A stretch of 63,359 bases of DNA, counting the filler, from Folioceros fuciformis (Eukaryota), in the NCBI GenBank assembly GCA_049999805.1. It is 10 parts of 10 records of this genome, joined end to end, with 100 filler letters (N's around TTAATTAATTAA, not from the genome) between each part and the next. Parts side by side here need not be neighbours in the genome. Positions count along the whole stretch, not along the records: positions 12,319 to 24,138 come from JBNGIO010000791.1; positions 24,239 to 33,225 come from JBNGIO010000792.1; 8 more parts are not named here. One strand, written 5' to 3'. A program made the translations under genes and the position numbers. The notes below the pieces were generated by a model, which saw nothing but the letters and a program-made list of their open reading frames with translations, had not been told where the DNA came from and made no database searches. Positions 13,153 to 24,804 of the stretch are shown piece after piece. Each line of letters starts with the position of its first letter. Position 1 is the first letter of the stretch.

Positions 13153-15726
13153 GTCCCTGCAATCGCTTTCCAGGAACAAGAGCACTTGCTGGGGTTAGTG
13201 CAACCACCTCCATATAGTGGAGTGGACAATGATGGAGAGGAGTATGCTGTGGCTGGCCCACAGTATGCTCACAATGTGGCACTATAGTTGCCACCACTAA
13301 GGAGTATTGAGCTGCTGGATGGGGTGAGGATTAGGACTGTTGGAGGCTTCATTGCTACTTTAATTTTCATGGTATGGTTTGCTAGCCAAGCACAGCGTGC
13401 ACATGTCCAGTAGATGAGACGTAACCCCTGCATTAGTAGTAGCACGGTAGGTTTAGAGAGTTTGATGTTTGTGGAGGGAGACTTGCATATGGCCTTCTAC
13501 ATTGCATGAGGAACCCTACACCATGAGCGTGCACAATGTTAAATGCAGTCTCAAATAGCCTTGAAAGTGTCAGGTCCAAATTGCATGGTAGTTGGTGTTG
13601 CATGTTATACGAGCGAATAAGAGCTAGCGAGGATGGTGAGGTAGTTGCGTTAGAGGTTGTAGGCACCCTAAATCCTTGCAGGTTGAGTGGAACTTGCAAA
13701 TTGCCATTGCAATTTGTGTTGTCCTTGACTTTGCAAACTGTGTCGCACTTGCATTTTGGCCCAATAGAGTGCGTTGAACTGGAAGATTGTTCTTGTAGAC
13801 TATAGTGACATTGCATATTGTCCCTACTTAGTGGGTTGCATACTATGTTGTAAATGTCACATGCATAGTGCGCTATTGTTGGTCCGTGCCCACTACATTG
13901 TACAGTGTCCATGCATAATTGCCATGCCGCTTGCCTCCCAAATTGCCTTGTAGATTGTAAATGGCTATGTGTGTCACTCTCTTACACACCTTAGGGTGAG
14001 CAAATTGCCAGGAGGGATTGGAGGGATTGACTACAGCGGGATTGACTACAGCTAAGGCTGCTGTGCAGTGGGGCTTGCAAATGTCCTTAACAGTTGCAAG
14101 AGTAGTGTACAGCTGTTAATTGTAATTATAAACGTCCTTGCAGATGGCTGGTCCAGATTATGTCGTAGATGGCCTTAAACCTTGCAGTTGTAACTAACAA
14201 GTGCAAGCTGAATGTGACGATTGCATATACAAGTTGTCTTGAAGGGTGTGGCTGTGGTTTGCCTTGCTATATGCATTACAAGTTCCACGCTGCACATAGC
14301 CCTATAAGTTTAGGTTGCGGATTCCCTTGGTATAGGACTTGCAGAACCCTTGGACACCATGTTGCACCTGATGAGATCCAGTGTAGTTGCAGAAGTCCTT
14401 AGAGAATGCCTCCCACCTTGTCTTTCATATGCCCTTGTAACTTATAAGTGCCTTCCAGGTTGCATGTATGTATCGTAGTCGCAACCCTAAGCCTTCCACA
14501 ACGTTGCGTGTGTCTTGTGCAAGCCTTGCAAGTTGCCTGGGCCAATGTGTATGCAAAGGGATTGGAGGGCATGAGCTTCCTCCGCGACATGTATCGACTT
14601 CACTTGGCTTTAACAATGTTGTGTAGAGAGTGTAGGAGCAAGATGGAGCCATTGGAGGTGTACCTGCAGCCATGTACGGAGGAGGAGGCCACTCCATGAG
14701 CGTGGAGTGGAATTTGCCTTCTATGGTCTTCGTAGTAGTGTAAAGTCTTCTTATAAAGGCCCATGGAGTATGTGATTTTGTCCAAAATCTATTGTTGAGC
14801 CATGTATCCTCCCAAGGCTTGAAATAAAGATTGTATGCTTCCATGCCCCCTACCTTTCTGCAACCAAAGGTGTGGCAAGATGATTGTTGCATGAAGCGAG
14901 ATGGACTTGGCTGGTCACACTCTTCCCTCAAGGGAGAATGGCCTGGGTCTGGGAGAAGGAGGTGACCAAGAGCATGCTAACTTGGTTTCCATCATATTGT
15001 GCCCTTGAACCCTAAAAACCATAATGAGATCATGTGAGGGAAGAAATATAATGTTATGTATGGTGGGTGAGAAAGAAAGAAAAAGTTTGGTATGTCGAGT
15101 GATGGCCAGATCGGGGCGCCCTAGTAGCTGCCCACTATTGATAGAGTCATGCCCATTAGCTTCACAATAGGGGACCGTATACCATACGGTGGTGCCACCC
15201 ATTGTCAACACGGTCATGCTCATTAGCTTCACAGTATACTATATGATGGTGTCATATCGGTATTCCATACATAGCTTCTTCCCTGCGCACTTAAAAATAT
15301 CAAAATATACTTTATGATTCTTATGAGAAAGACTGTTTTCCCCAACATGGCTTGAACTGTTTTATGTAAAGGGTACTAGATGTTTTACAGTCTTCCTAAA
15401 ACCGAGATGCGTAAAGAAATACGTTTACCACTGAAAACGCAAGTGAAAACGGGTTTGACAGCACGAAAAGGTCGAGGAACCTTCCAAGGTTCCTGATGCC
15501 AACCCGAGATGCTCCGTGATCCAACCGTTTTGGCGGTGGGAGTTATTTCATTGGAAAGCAGAGCTTAGAATTGCTAGCAAGCATTCTCTCCGTTTTTAAG
15601 GAAGATCACAATGCCGTGGAAAATTAAAATCAAACCGAGCCTGTTTTCCATGATGGATCCCTCGTGAATGAATATATTTCCATGAGGTGCCCCGTAATCA
15701 CGTCAACGGTGCCAGCTATGGCTCAA

Positions 15727-18462
15727 CTAAGGTGCTGCCCTCCAAGTATCCCGACTGTCCAGGCTTGTTTCGTGCTGATGGACCAAGGCTTTCTCTGCAT
15801 CCTCGATGGATCTATTCATTGCGACAAACTCTTTAGCTATGTCACCTCCAGAGATCGTTTGCAGAAGCCTTTCCACAGGGATTTTCCGAACCTCGAGCAA
15901 CACTTCATCATGATCAAGAAGTGTAAGCATGACTTCCTTGTAGCACTCCTCAGCTATGCTGATACTGGGTGATGTTTCCTGCAACACTGTCTGCCCGATA
16001 CCGTTCTGCTCAGCGGGTTTCCTATTCTTCTTGCCTTTCTTCTTGCTCGACTGCACTTTGATAGGTTGCAGGGGCCTTTTTCTGTAGAACATGAATGGCT
16101 TGAAGGTCAGGAACTGCTGGGATGCAGGAACAGAAGGTTTACAATCCCATAAGCAGAAGTGGGTCCTAGAATGAGGGCCTTGAGCTTGAGCAAACAGCTT
16201 CAGCATAGTCTCGATGTAGGCATCGTGTGGAAGAAATAGCACAGATATCCTATCCCAGTGCCGCTTGCAATTCTCGTCAGCATCGGCGACTTGGAGCAGC
16301 CTCCTGGCAAACTCGCCGTTTGATTTTGCCGCGGGGTTTGATATGAATTTCTCGGCCAGCAACCTGGCAGCCTTCATATCGCTCTTGGAAACATCTTTGG
16401 ATCTTGACAACAGTATCAATGAACCCCCGTCAACTAGTAAGTGGTAAAAGATGCTTAACAGAGAGGTCAACATTTGTTGGGAAACCTCGGGAGCCCCCTT
16501 CCAGTTCACCAGATCATGGCGCGCGATATGAAGAGACCTTAGGCCGGGCCATTCTTCCAAGAGGGCCTTGCGAAGCTCGATCCCCGTTCTGTCATCGGAG
16601 AATTCGAATGCTATCTTGCATTTCCCAATCTTGGCAACAGCAGATTGTATGCGGTCTCGAATGTGGAAGTACAAATTTCCGTAGAGGTCGTTGCGTGGAA
16701 CATGAAACAGTTTCTCGCTCGTAACCTACAAGGCGGCAGCATTTCCATGTGTTAGGACTGTATAGCAGCTCAAGTACTCTGGGGCACTCCGTGGAAGAAG
16801 ATAACAAACAAAAGAGATGCCTTAAGACTGGACATGGAAGCATACCATTACCTGGTGGATAGACCAACCGCAGAGAGGGTCACGCCGTGTGCACGTGGCT
16901 GTCCAGCCAGCACGTGGGCTGTCAATAGCTGAAACCAGAGTTGGGTTGGGAAGGCAATGGTGGTTGGAATGAGCTGCAAACGGCAGAAGGAGCCCCGACT
17001 TAGCAAACTTTTCCAGGGCATAGTAATGTGGCTCCAGCAGACATGCATCGTTTAGATCGACTTTCTCCTCCTCACACAGTGCCAAAAGCGCTTCCCGACT
17101 AGCAGCATCAGGTTCTACGCTTGAAAGTCCCATGAGGGCTAGGTACTTGTACAACTCAACGCCATGAATTCTGGTAGACAAGCTTGAACCCGAACATGTA
17201 ATCTGCTTTACGATGCCAAATTGACGTTCACCATCGTGATCGGCACTGAGTTTCTTCATGTCCTTTTGGATTTCCAATATGTGACGGTGAGGTTGGAACG
17301 GGGATGGTGGCGGTGGAACGCTGCAGCAGGGTAGGATATTAGGAATGGTGTTTAGAAGCTGTGCGATGGTGTCCATGAGCAGCAGGTACTGGCCCGGAGT
17401 CAATTCAGCGGAGTACCATATGGCAATCACCGCATCCAGGGCAGTGGAGTCAATCTCACCAGATGCCATTTGCAGAAGAAGGGAGCACAAGATCAAGCTC
17501 CGTGCAAGGACCTGACACGCAGGAGCCTGGATAAGGATCTGTAATTCCCCTGCATAACCTTCATCAAGCTGGTGGAGAGTTTCAATCATATTATTCAGAT
17601 CAACCGTGTTAGCGAGGAGTATCCGGAAAGGGCTTGCCATATCTTGAACATCCGTGATCCCTCCCATTACTCCAAAAGCAGGGACGCGATCCCATACCGT
17701 GATCGGATCGGGATGTGCCATTGTCTTCATATGCTCCAAACCATTATGCAGTGCCCTCTTCCTCGCCATCTCACGAGTGGCCGCAGTCTGCAAAGCTTTC
17801 ACGCATTCATCGTTATGCACCTGTTGCCCGTGCGCTGACCGGCACTCTGGACTGCAATATGCAACCAGTTGACACCCAGGACACGAAATTTTGGCTGGCT
17901 TACGGCAACACTCGCTGTAGTGTGGACTAAGGTTTGCACAAGGCAATCTCTCAGGCGTGTCCAGAAACACGCCCGATCCGTAGCGGACAGGCCTGCCCAA
18001 ATCACGGAGGTGCTTGAGAAATTGTGAGAAGAAGATAGCCGGGTATATCCCTTGAGTCAAACAGAGCGTCGCGATGGAGAGCAGGATCCTCCCGGTGCGT
18101 TTACACCGAGCCTGCATTGCATAACAAGGGTCCGAGGTACCAGCCTGCACCTCTAGAAATGCCTCCGGATCATCATTTTCGGAAGTGCAAGACACATCCA
18201 CAAACTCTCCGCCTAATTCCGCAACCAGCTGAGGGAAGCGCACCAGACACGCTGTCACCAAAGAGCTGATCTTGACCGACGCCGGAAGGGGCTCAATAAG
18301 CTGTGACAAGGCTGTCATGTCCAATAACGGGACTGCCGTTTCCTTGAGCGTTTTCACCTTCCCCGAATATGAGTGCAGAATCTCCCCCCACGAAGTATCC
18401 CTGCAATACATTGGTGCTTGCAAGAAAATGCCTAACCCCCTGAAAAACCGTGCTCCCCGCAC
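15727..18462 (-). CDS. MYND zinc finger plus DUF4470-like protein; at least 2 exons, intron about 16726-16845, 5' end unresolved
   Basis: C..CPGCQLVAYCSPECRSAH....HNDEC (MYND); WDRVPA, VLARSLIL, IWYS, GLLLPF...PNPT, DPLCGW; a GT..AG splice joins to VPRNDLYGNLYFHI in ORF 15727-16674. Confidence 0.75.
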
Positions 18463-19949
18463 ACAGACTACACATCAGTACCCTGAGGCCCGTGGAAGAC
18501 AGGTCACCAACTAGCGTCCACAAGTCTTGGACGGGAGTCGGGATGTCCAACATATACGAAGCACGTTTGTCCTTCGCGTAAGGACCAGCCTACTTGACCT
18601 ACTCGATGTGGATGTGTAACATTTTACAGTCCATTCTCACCTATTTCTCGAGCGCCTACCTTCTTGGTGCTGGTAGTGTTTCCGGTAGCTCGAGGCAGAC
18701 GAAGAATCGCCCGGCGTAGGCGTAGATTAGAGAACGCGAAACCGCAAAACCACACAGCTCAAGATCAGGGCTCACCGTCTCAATGAGATCAAAGAATCAG
18801 AGCGTCCAGGTTTAGGTTCAGTGCACAAGCGCCAACACACCGTCCAGTTTAGGCTTCTGACAATGGCCATTTAGATTCAGCGCACGCCAATCACATGAGG
18901 GTACGTCGCAACACAACTAAAGTTTAGTTGTTTTGTACAATACTGAGACCTAGGTTAGCGAATTAGTACGAAAGAATGCATGAGGAGCATGCAAGCGTTG
19001 TTACTGAACTAGTGCCTACCACCAGCCGCCTGCGTCTCAATCTCCGATCCAATAAATGCTTCTCTTATGTGTAATCCCCTGTGGCATGGTGTCCCCATCC
19101 TTTGTCATGCATCTCTTTGTACAGAAATCACATACCGCAATCGCCTATACCCGTATCGCCCAGTTTTGCCACCTCATAGTCTAAGCTGTGAAACCATGTT
19201 CAACCCGTGAAACCGGGTTTAAGCTTCAACAACCATTTTGCTTAAACCCTAAGCAAGCATGCTTTGCTCCGTGCTTACGTTCTGATGGAGTGCCCGCTTA
19301 TCATCCATATCCCACTGCTCGGACATTTCAATACATACACATTAGATTGGCAAATCCAAAAGCAACTGGAAGTCGCATACATTCAATGGAGTCGTGTGGA
19401 GGATTTTGTGGCTAGAAAACTTTTATCGGAAAGATTCGAAATGCCCTGTGGCCAGCTGTTGTGCCATCACTAGACACACTGGCGTCGTAAGTGAAGTGCA
19501 TGAGACCCTTGTGAAGCTTAAACAAAATTGGCCCAAGATGCTTGATACAGGTTGCTTGTGTTCCTTTTGTTTCAAGATGACATTGTTTGTACACCATTTC
19601 TGACCAAAGCTGTCACTGAGACATGCTATGCCTTTTATTTTCGAACAAGGACTATTTGTGAAAGCACTGCCACATTCTTTCATATGGCTCATATAATCTG
19701 CCCTGCTGCATTTGGCAAACGGTCGAACAGCTAAGGCTAACGTGTCTATGCACTTGTGTACACCCTTCCACAATCTTCTGGCATTCTAGTTGTAGGACAT
19801 ACGGTAGGTAATTGAAGCTATGTTGAAATACATGTTTTCCTCTTGTGTAGGTATTGGTACTTCTATGGACCACAAGATTTTCAAAGCACCTACCACACAT
19901 AGAAATGTTCGAATGAAAACATTGTCTTTATTGCAAGGTTTCCGTCTCT

Positions 19950-21260
19950 GAAATTATGCGTAGACATGTTGCAGTTGTGTATGAGAAGATGAGTCACTAC
20001 GATGAGAAGATGAGTCACTACGTACATGGAGAGCACATCGGAGATGTTCACAATGATTACATGCAGCGAAAGGATGTCTTGAATATCAAACGACAAGTAG
20101 AAGTGGGTGAGTGGAAGTTGGATCCTGATGATGCTAAGTTCACTAACATGTAGTAGAAACTCCATGCTAAGCCTCATCTCGTCTTCCATAAATCAGAACC
20201 ATATGAGCCTTTTGTTTTAAGGTTGCAAACTCCTTTTATGCGGCACATGTTGATCAAACATGGTAACAATAGTGTTCAAGCGATGGACGCTACATTCAAG
20301 CTGAATAAGTATAGGTATCATCTATTCATTGTCACAGCTTGAATGGTATTCCAATGGCATGGGCACTAACCCAAGAAGCTACCATAATGTCTTTGGTGTC
20401 TTGGTTGGGGCCTCTCAAAAGGATTGCACTGAACACATGCTCTTTGTGGACGCCTAGTTGTTTTCTAGTGGATGATTGTCTGGCAGAGATAGTTGCCTTC
20501 AAACAGGTATGAGGGGTAAACATACATGTTGTTTTGTGCCAGTGGCATGTTAGAAAGGCATGGCAGCGAAACCTTTTAAAGAAGGTTAAGTGTCCTGTAC
20601 AAGATAAGACTACAGCATGGGGTAAGGAGCTGTTGGAGTTTTTCTATAAGTAGTGGAATGTTACTGAACCAGGATTCGTTGACTACTTGTGGAAGCAGTG
20701 GGGAGACTCTGTAGGTAATATGTTGCAATGTTCATGCTTAGTGAGAACTAGTTACACTATTCCCTTTCGTCATTTTTGCTGATAAGGCTTGTTTTTGTTT
20801 CGCAGAAATATGGATGAAGAATTGTAGGATTTAGGGTTATGCTGGGCAAGATACAACTTCTGCCTTGGAGGCTTTTCACCATTTTTTGAAAGAAAGAGTG
20901 TCATTCACCAAAGCGGCGTTGCCAGGTAGGCGCATGGATTGGTTATTGCATCAACTAGTGAACGAGATAGCCCGATATTATTGGTATCTTGATTTCACTA
21001 AGGCTGGAGGCTACAAACCTAATTCAAAGTTGGAAAGGGTGTACGAACATGTCATTGCTACAGCAAGTGGTATTGTAGACGAGGCTGTCATCTTTCCCAC
21101 AATTGTTGGATCTATTGTTGCATATTGCATGTCATTTAATGACAGTGATCACCTACATCGTACTGAAGCAGCACACTCTCCTTGGTCTTTTTGCTCATGT
21201 GGAATGGATCAGTGAGGTTTTCTATGCAAGCATGTCATAAAGATGCAACAGGTTTGTGGT
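19950..21260 (+). pseudogene. MULE transposase with SWIM zinc finger, disrupted
   Basis: AMDATFKLNKY, FLVDDC.AEI, LCQWHVRKAW, TTSALEAFHHFLK, RRMDWLLHQL, CSC...LCKHV; in-frame stops present. Confidence 0.85.
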
Positions 21261-22611
21261 ATATTTAAAGAAACTTCTCAACGAGTACGGCTTTCTTGGT
21301 GTACAAATAGAGGATATGCTGTAGGGCAAGAGGAGGGACGTTACATTGCCCAACCTGAACTACAATGCGGTGAGTGATGAAGGCTAGGCATGGGGTAATG
21401 GATAAGGATCATGTGTCGTGTAGTAATGAAGATGTGGCCACCCTTCAGAGCAACCCATCTAACTTGGCAGATTTGAGGATGACACGACGTCCGGGCTTGG
21501 ATGCCATCTACATGAACATGCAGAGCATGGTTCAAGCCAAACCTGCTATCCTAGATGAGGCATATGCAATAATGAAGCAGGCGCAAGGTCTCCTTATGTA
21601 GGTTTCAGCAAGGGTGGACGAAGCGTCAACCAGCAGACCAGCCTTGCTAAGATAGGTTTGAACAAAGGGATGAATAGGCTTATGCAATTTAAAGGTATGG
21701 AAGAACGAGCACGACCCAAGAAAAAGAAAGTGAGATGGAAACTATAGGTGTTGTTGCATGTTAGCCTATTTTCGTTTCGCTTTGTTGGCCATGATAATGA
21801 AACTTATGAGTAGTTCACAACATACGCCAAATCGTTGTTGGACAAGACAGCCCAAAACTTTTGATAGAAGATTGTGAACAGTCCAGATGGCCTATTTCTT
21901 GCAGACATGTAGACAATCACACACATGCATAAACAATCGAACCAACTTTGTTGACAACACAAGAACAAATCCCTCCTGCCTACATCAAAGCTATGACCAC
22001 ATGTAGTATAGCAGTCGCATAAAATATTGCTGCGAGGGAGATATGTCCAAGATGATTGCACCTCCAGCCATTCAACGAAGGCTATGAAGAACAAGACAAA
22101 TCCAGTTGAGCACTCAGCTAGAGAGAACAACACCACCCACCATCGAACTACAAGCTCTTGCAAGTGGAAGGATGCTCACGCAACTAGGTTAGTACTGGAC
22201 CTGGCCTTGCCTTGCCTTTCATGGTTCACCCACAACACCTCTAAAGATTTGCGATACCCCCCTCCTTCTCCATTACATTTAAAACTGGTGGTAAGCTGCA
22301 ACTCGGCCGATTGCATTAGCTTCTACGACCTGAGAGCATGCGCAAAAGATGAGGTTGCAGTAGGAGCAACACAACCCTGCAGCCTTGCAACCCCGCAGCC
22401 CTTCAAGCATGTCCAAGAACCCTATAACCACCATCTATGCTCCTCCCTTGCTACACCGTGACGCCATCCGGGTGCAATAGATCAAATATAGACATTGTCA
22501 ACTTTTTGCTGACACATTGGGCTTCCGCAGGCCTCCGCAACTTCCACCTCCACACCCAGGATGAGTTCCCTACAGATTGCTGATTCGTGGCACTAGAATC
22601 AGAAACTGCAG

Positions 22612-22858
22612 CAGCCCTCCCGCTCTTGCTGGTCACATTCCCACTCCAGGTTGTGATTTCCTCCCTGTACGTCGATTTCCGGCCAACTCTCCTCAATGGA
22701 GAGTCACTTGACCTCCTTCTCCTCTCCCAACAGCAGTAACAGCCCTCCCGCTCCTGCTACTCACCTTCCCACTCTAGCTTGTGATTTCCTCCCCGTACGT
22801 CGATTTCCAACCAACTCTTCTCAATGGAGAGTCACTTGACCTCCTCCTCCTCTCCCCC
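22612..22858. repeat. ~129-bp tandem duplication inside the MULE
   Basis: CAGCCCTCCCGCTC...CAATGGAGAGTCACTTGACCTCC occurs twice. Confidence 0.8.
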
Positions 22859-23924
22859 GAGGTGCCTGCCATGTAGGAAGCACTCCCATTGCCATTCCAC
22901 TTCTTCACTCCTTGGAGTCCTCCGCTTTCAAAAGCTCCACCCTCCATAGCTGCACCATCGTCGTAACCTTCAGACCTCCCGGATTTGGACCTACTGAAAT
23001 GTGCACTCACTGAGCTCTTGAGATCAAAGTGCAGAAGGGAAAGGAGGGGAGGGAAATGGGAAATGGGAAATAGGGAAATGGGAAAGGAAGGGAAAGGAGG
23101 GGAGGGGAGCCTAGAGGGACGCAATGGCCTCTCTGGTTCGCAACGCCTGCAGCAACTAAGGCCTTGGCGAAAAACATCAAACCTCGGGCTTCCTTTCTTC
23201 GTAACCTACCTAGGGCGTGTGCCACGGTACCGCTCGTACCTTAAAAGACAAGCGAGATGGCGCACAGTTTCATGGGTTCAACACGTTTCACGGGTTGATC
23301 ATGGTTTCATAGCTTAGACTAGAAGGTGGCAAAACTGGGTGATACGAGTACAGGCAATCGTGCTATGTGATTTCCTATACAGAGAGATCGGTGAAGAGAG
23401 ATGCATGACGGAGGACGGGGACACCATGCCACAAGGTATTACACATAGGAGAAGCATTTATTGGATCAGAGATTGAAACGCAGGCCCACCAAACTCAGGC
23501 CCACCAACTGTAGTTAAATGGTTGGGCACTCATAACCATCAAAGCCTTCGTATATAAATTCCTTTCACGCACAATGGGTTATAGTTTTTATGTGAGATAC
23601 ACTATTTTAATGAGATTTTCCTTCAAAATGTTCACATGGACATGGAAACAAAGCGTCCAATTGGCAAGGCTAAGGTCAAGAGAATTGTTCCGACTAGAAC
23701 ATTAGAGGCTCCATCAGCACCTTCTCCTCTACACCAATACGATTGCAACTTTAAGGGAAATTTATAGGATTGTAGGCAATATGTAGCCAAGCCTTGACAT
23801 GCCTTGAGCTACAATATAGCCAAGCCTTGACTATATTGACTACAATATTGCTATATGGGCTCGACTTTTCTTCCCATCTTGTGGGCTTGACATATTGCCT
23901 ATATCCAAGGCACTCGGAAATATA

Positions 23925-24062
23925 AGGCCTAGTTTATGTCTCCCTACTTAAAATAGGGCCTAGTTTACTCTAGACATATCAATAGAGCCTAGTTTATGCC
24001 TCCCTACTTAGAATAGGGCCTAGTTTATGCTAGACATATCCATAGAGCCTAGTTTATGTCTC
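23925..24062. repeat. 60-bp tandem repeat built from GCCTAGTTTA subunits
   Basis: GCCTAGTTTATG.CTCCCTACTTA.AATAGGGCCTAGTTTA..CTAGACATATC.ATAGA in about 2.3 copies. Confidence 0.8.
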
Positions 24063-24804
24063 ATGTCTCTCACTACTTGTTGCTGTTTCTTATTATCATA
24101 CTTAAAAATAAAAACTTAAATAATTTGATATATGAATTNNNNNNNNNNNNNNNNNNNNNNNNNNNNNNNNNNNNNNNNNNNNTTAATTAATTAANNNNNN
24201 NNNNNNNNNNNNNNNNNNNNNNNNNNNNNNNNNNNNNNATTTTACTCTGCTGGATAGGCCGAACAACAGGTGAGATGGGGGATTTTCGGTATCCGTGTTG
24301 TGGTTTTTGGGGTTTTGAGGGATGGTCGTGTGGGGTGGGCTGACTGACATGTTGGACGTGTGTTTTGCAGCATTGCATCAGCTCCGGAATCGACAGCAGC
24401 TCTGCTTCCAGGTTTGTTTCTTTCGCTGTCGCCGACTTGGATTTGTGACCTGGGAGGGGCGGTCGAGGGATGTTGACCTGGGGTTTTGCAGATTTGCATG
24501 TAGGCGATTCGTCTTTTCCGTCCTTGGAGTTTCTGGATGGAGGCGGGGTTGATGGATTGGCTGGTGTTGGACTCAGCGGGGTTCTTCGGGACAGTGAGGA
24601 CCATTCCAGGGATCAGGGGTGAGGCTCGTCCCACTGAGCAACGTAGCAGATTGCTGCATTGAGAACTTCCTTGTCCTGCCGGGGAGCTGTTGACTCACAT
24701 ATATTCCATGGGAATTCATTTTTGGGTTGTCAATGTTGTGTGTTCTCAAAGCCGCGCATGCATGCATTACTGAAACTTGTTCTTGTTCCAGCTACAGGGG
24801 CGAC

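Larger units (their letters stand above)
19028..23485 (+). mobile_element. Mutator-like element (MULE) with ~190-bp imperfect TIRs and a probable 9-bp TSD
   Basis: Left GCCTGCGTCTCAATCTCCGATCCAATAAATGCTTCTC...GTGAAACC is the reverse complement of right GTTTCACGGG...GAGAAGCATTTATTGGATCAGAGATTGAAACGCAGGC; flanks CCACCAGCC and CCACCAAAC (7/9 match). Confidence 0.88.

Noticed and set aside
12319-15380. Possible Helitron (TCTAATAT... start, ...TACTAG end)
   Set aside because: No convincing 3' hairpin, AT target site or Rep/helicase motifs; left as unclassified repeat-like DNA.
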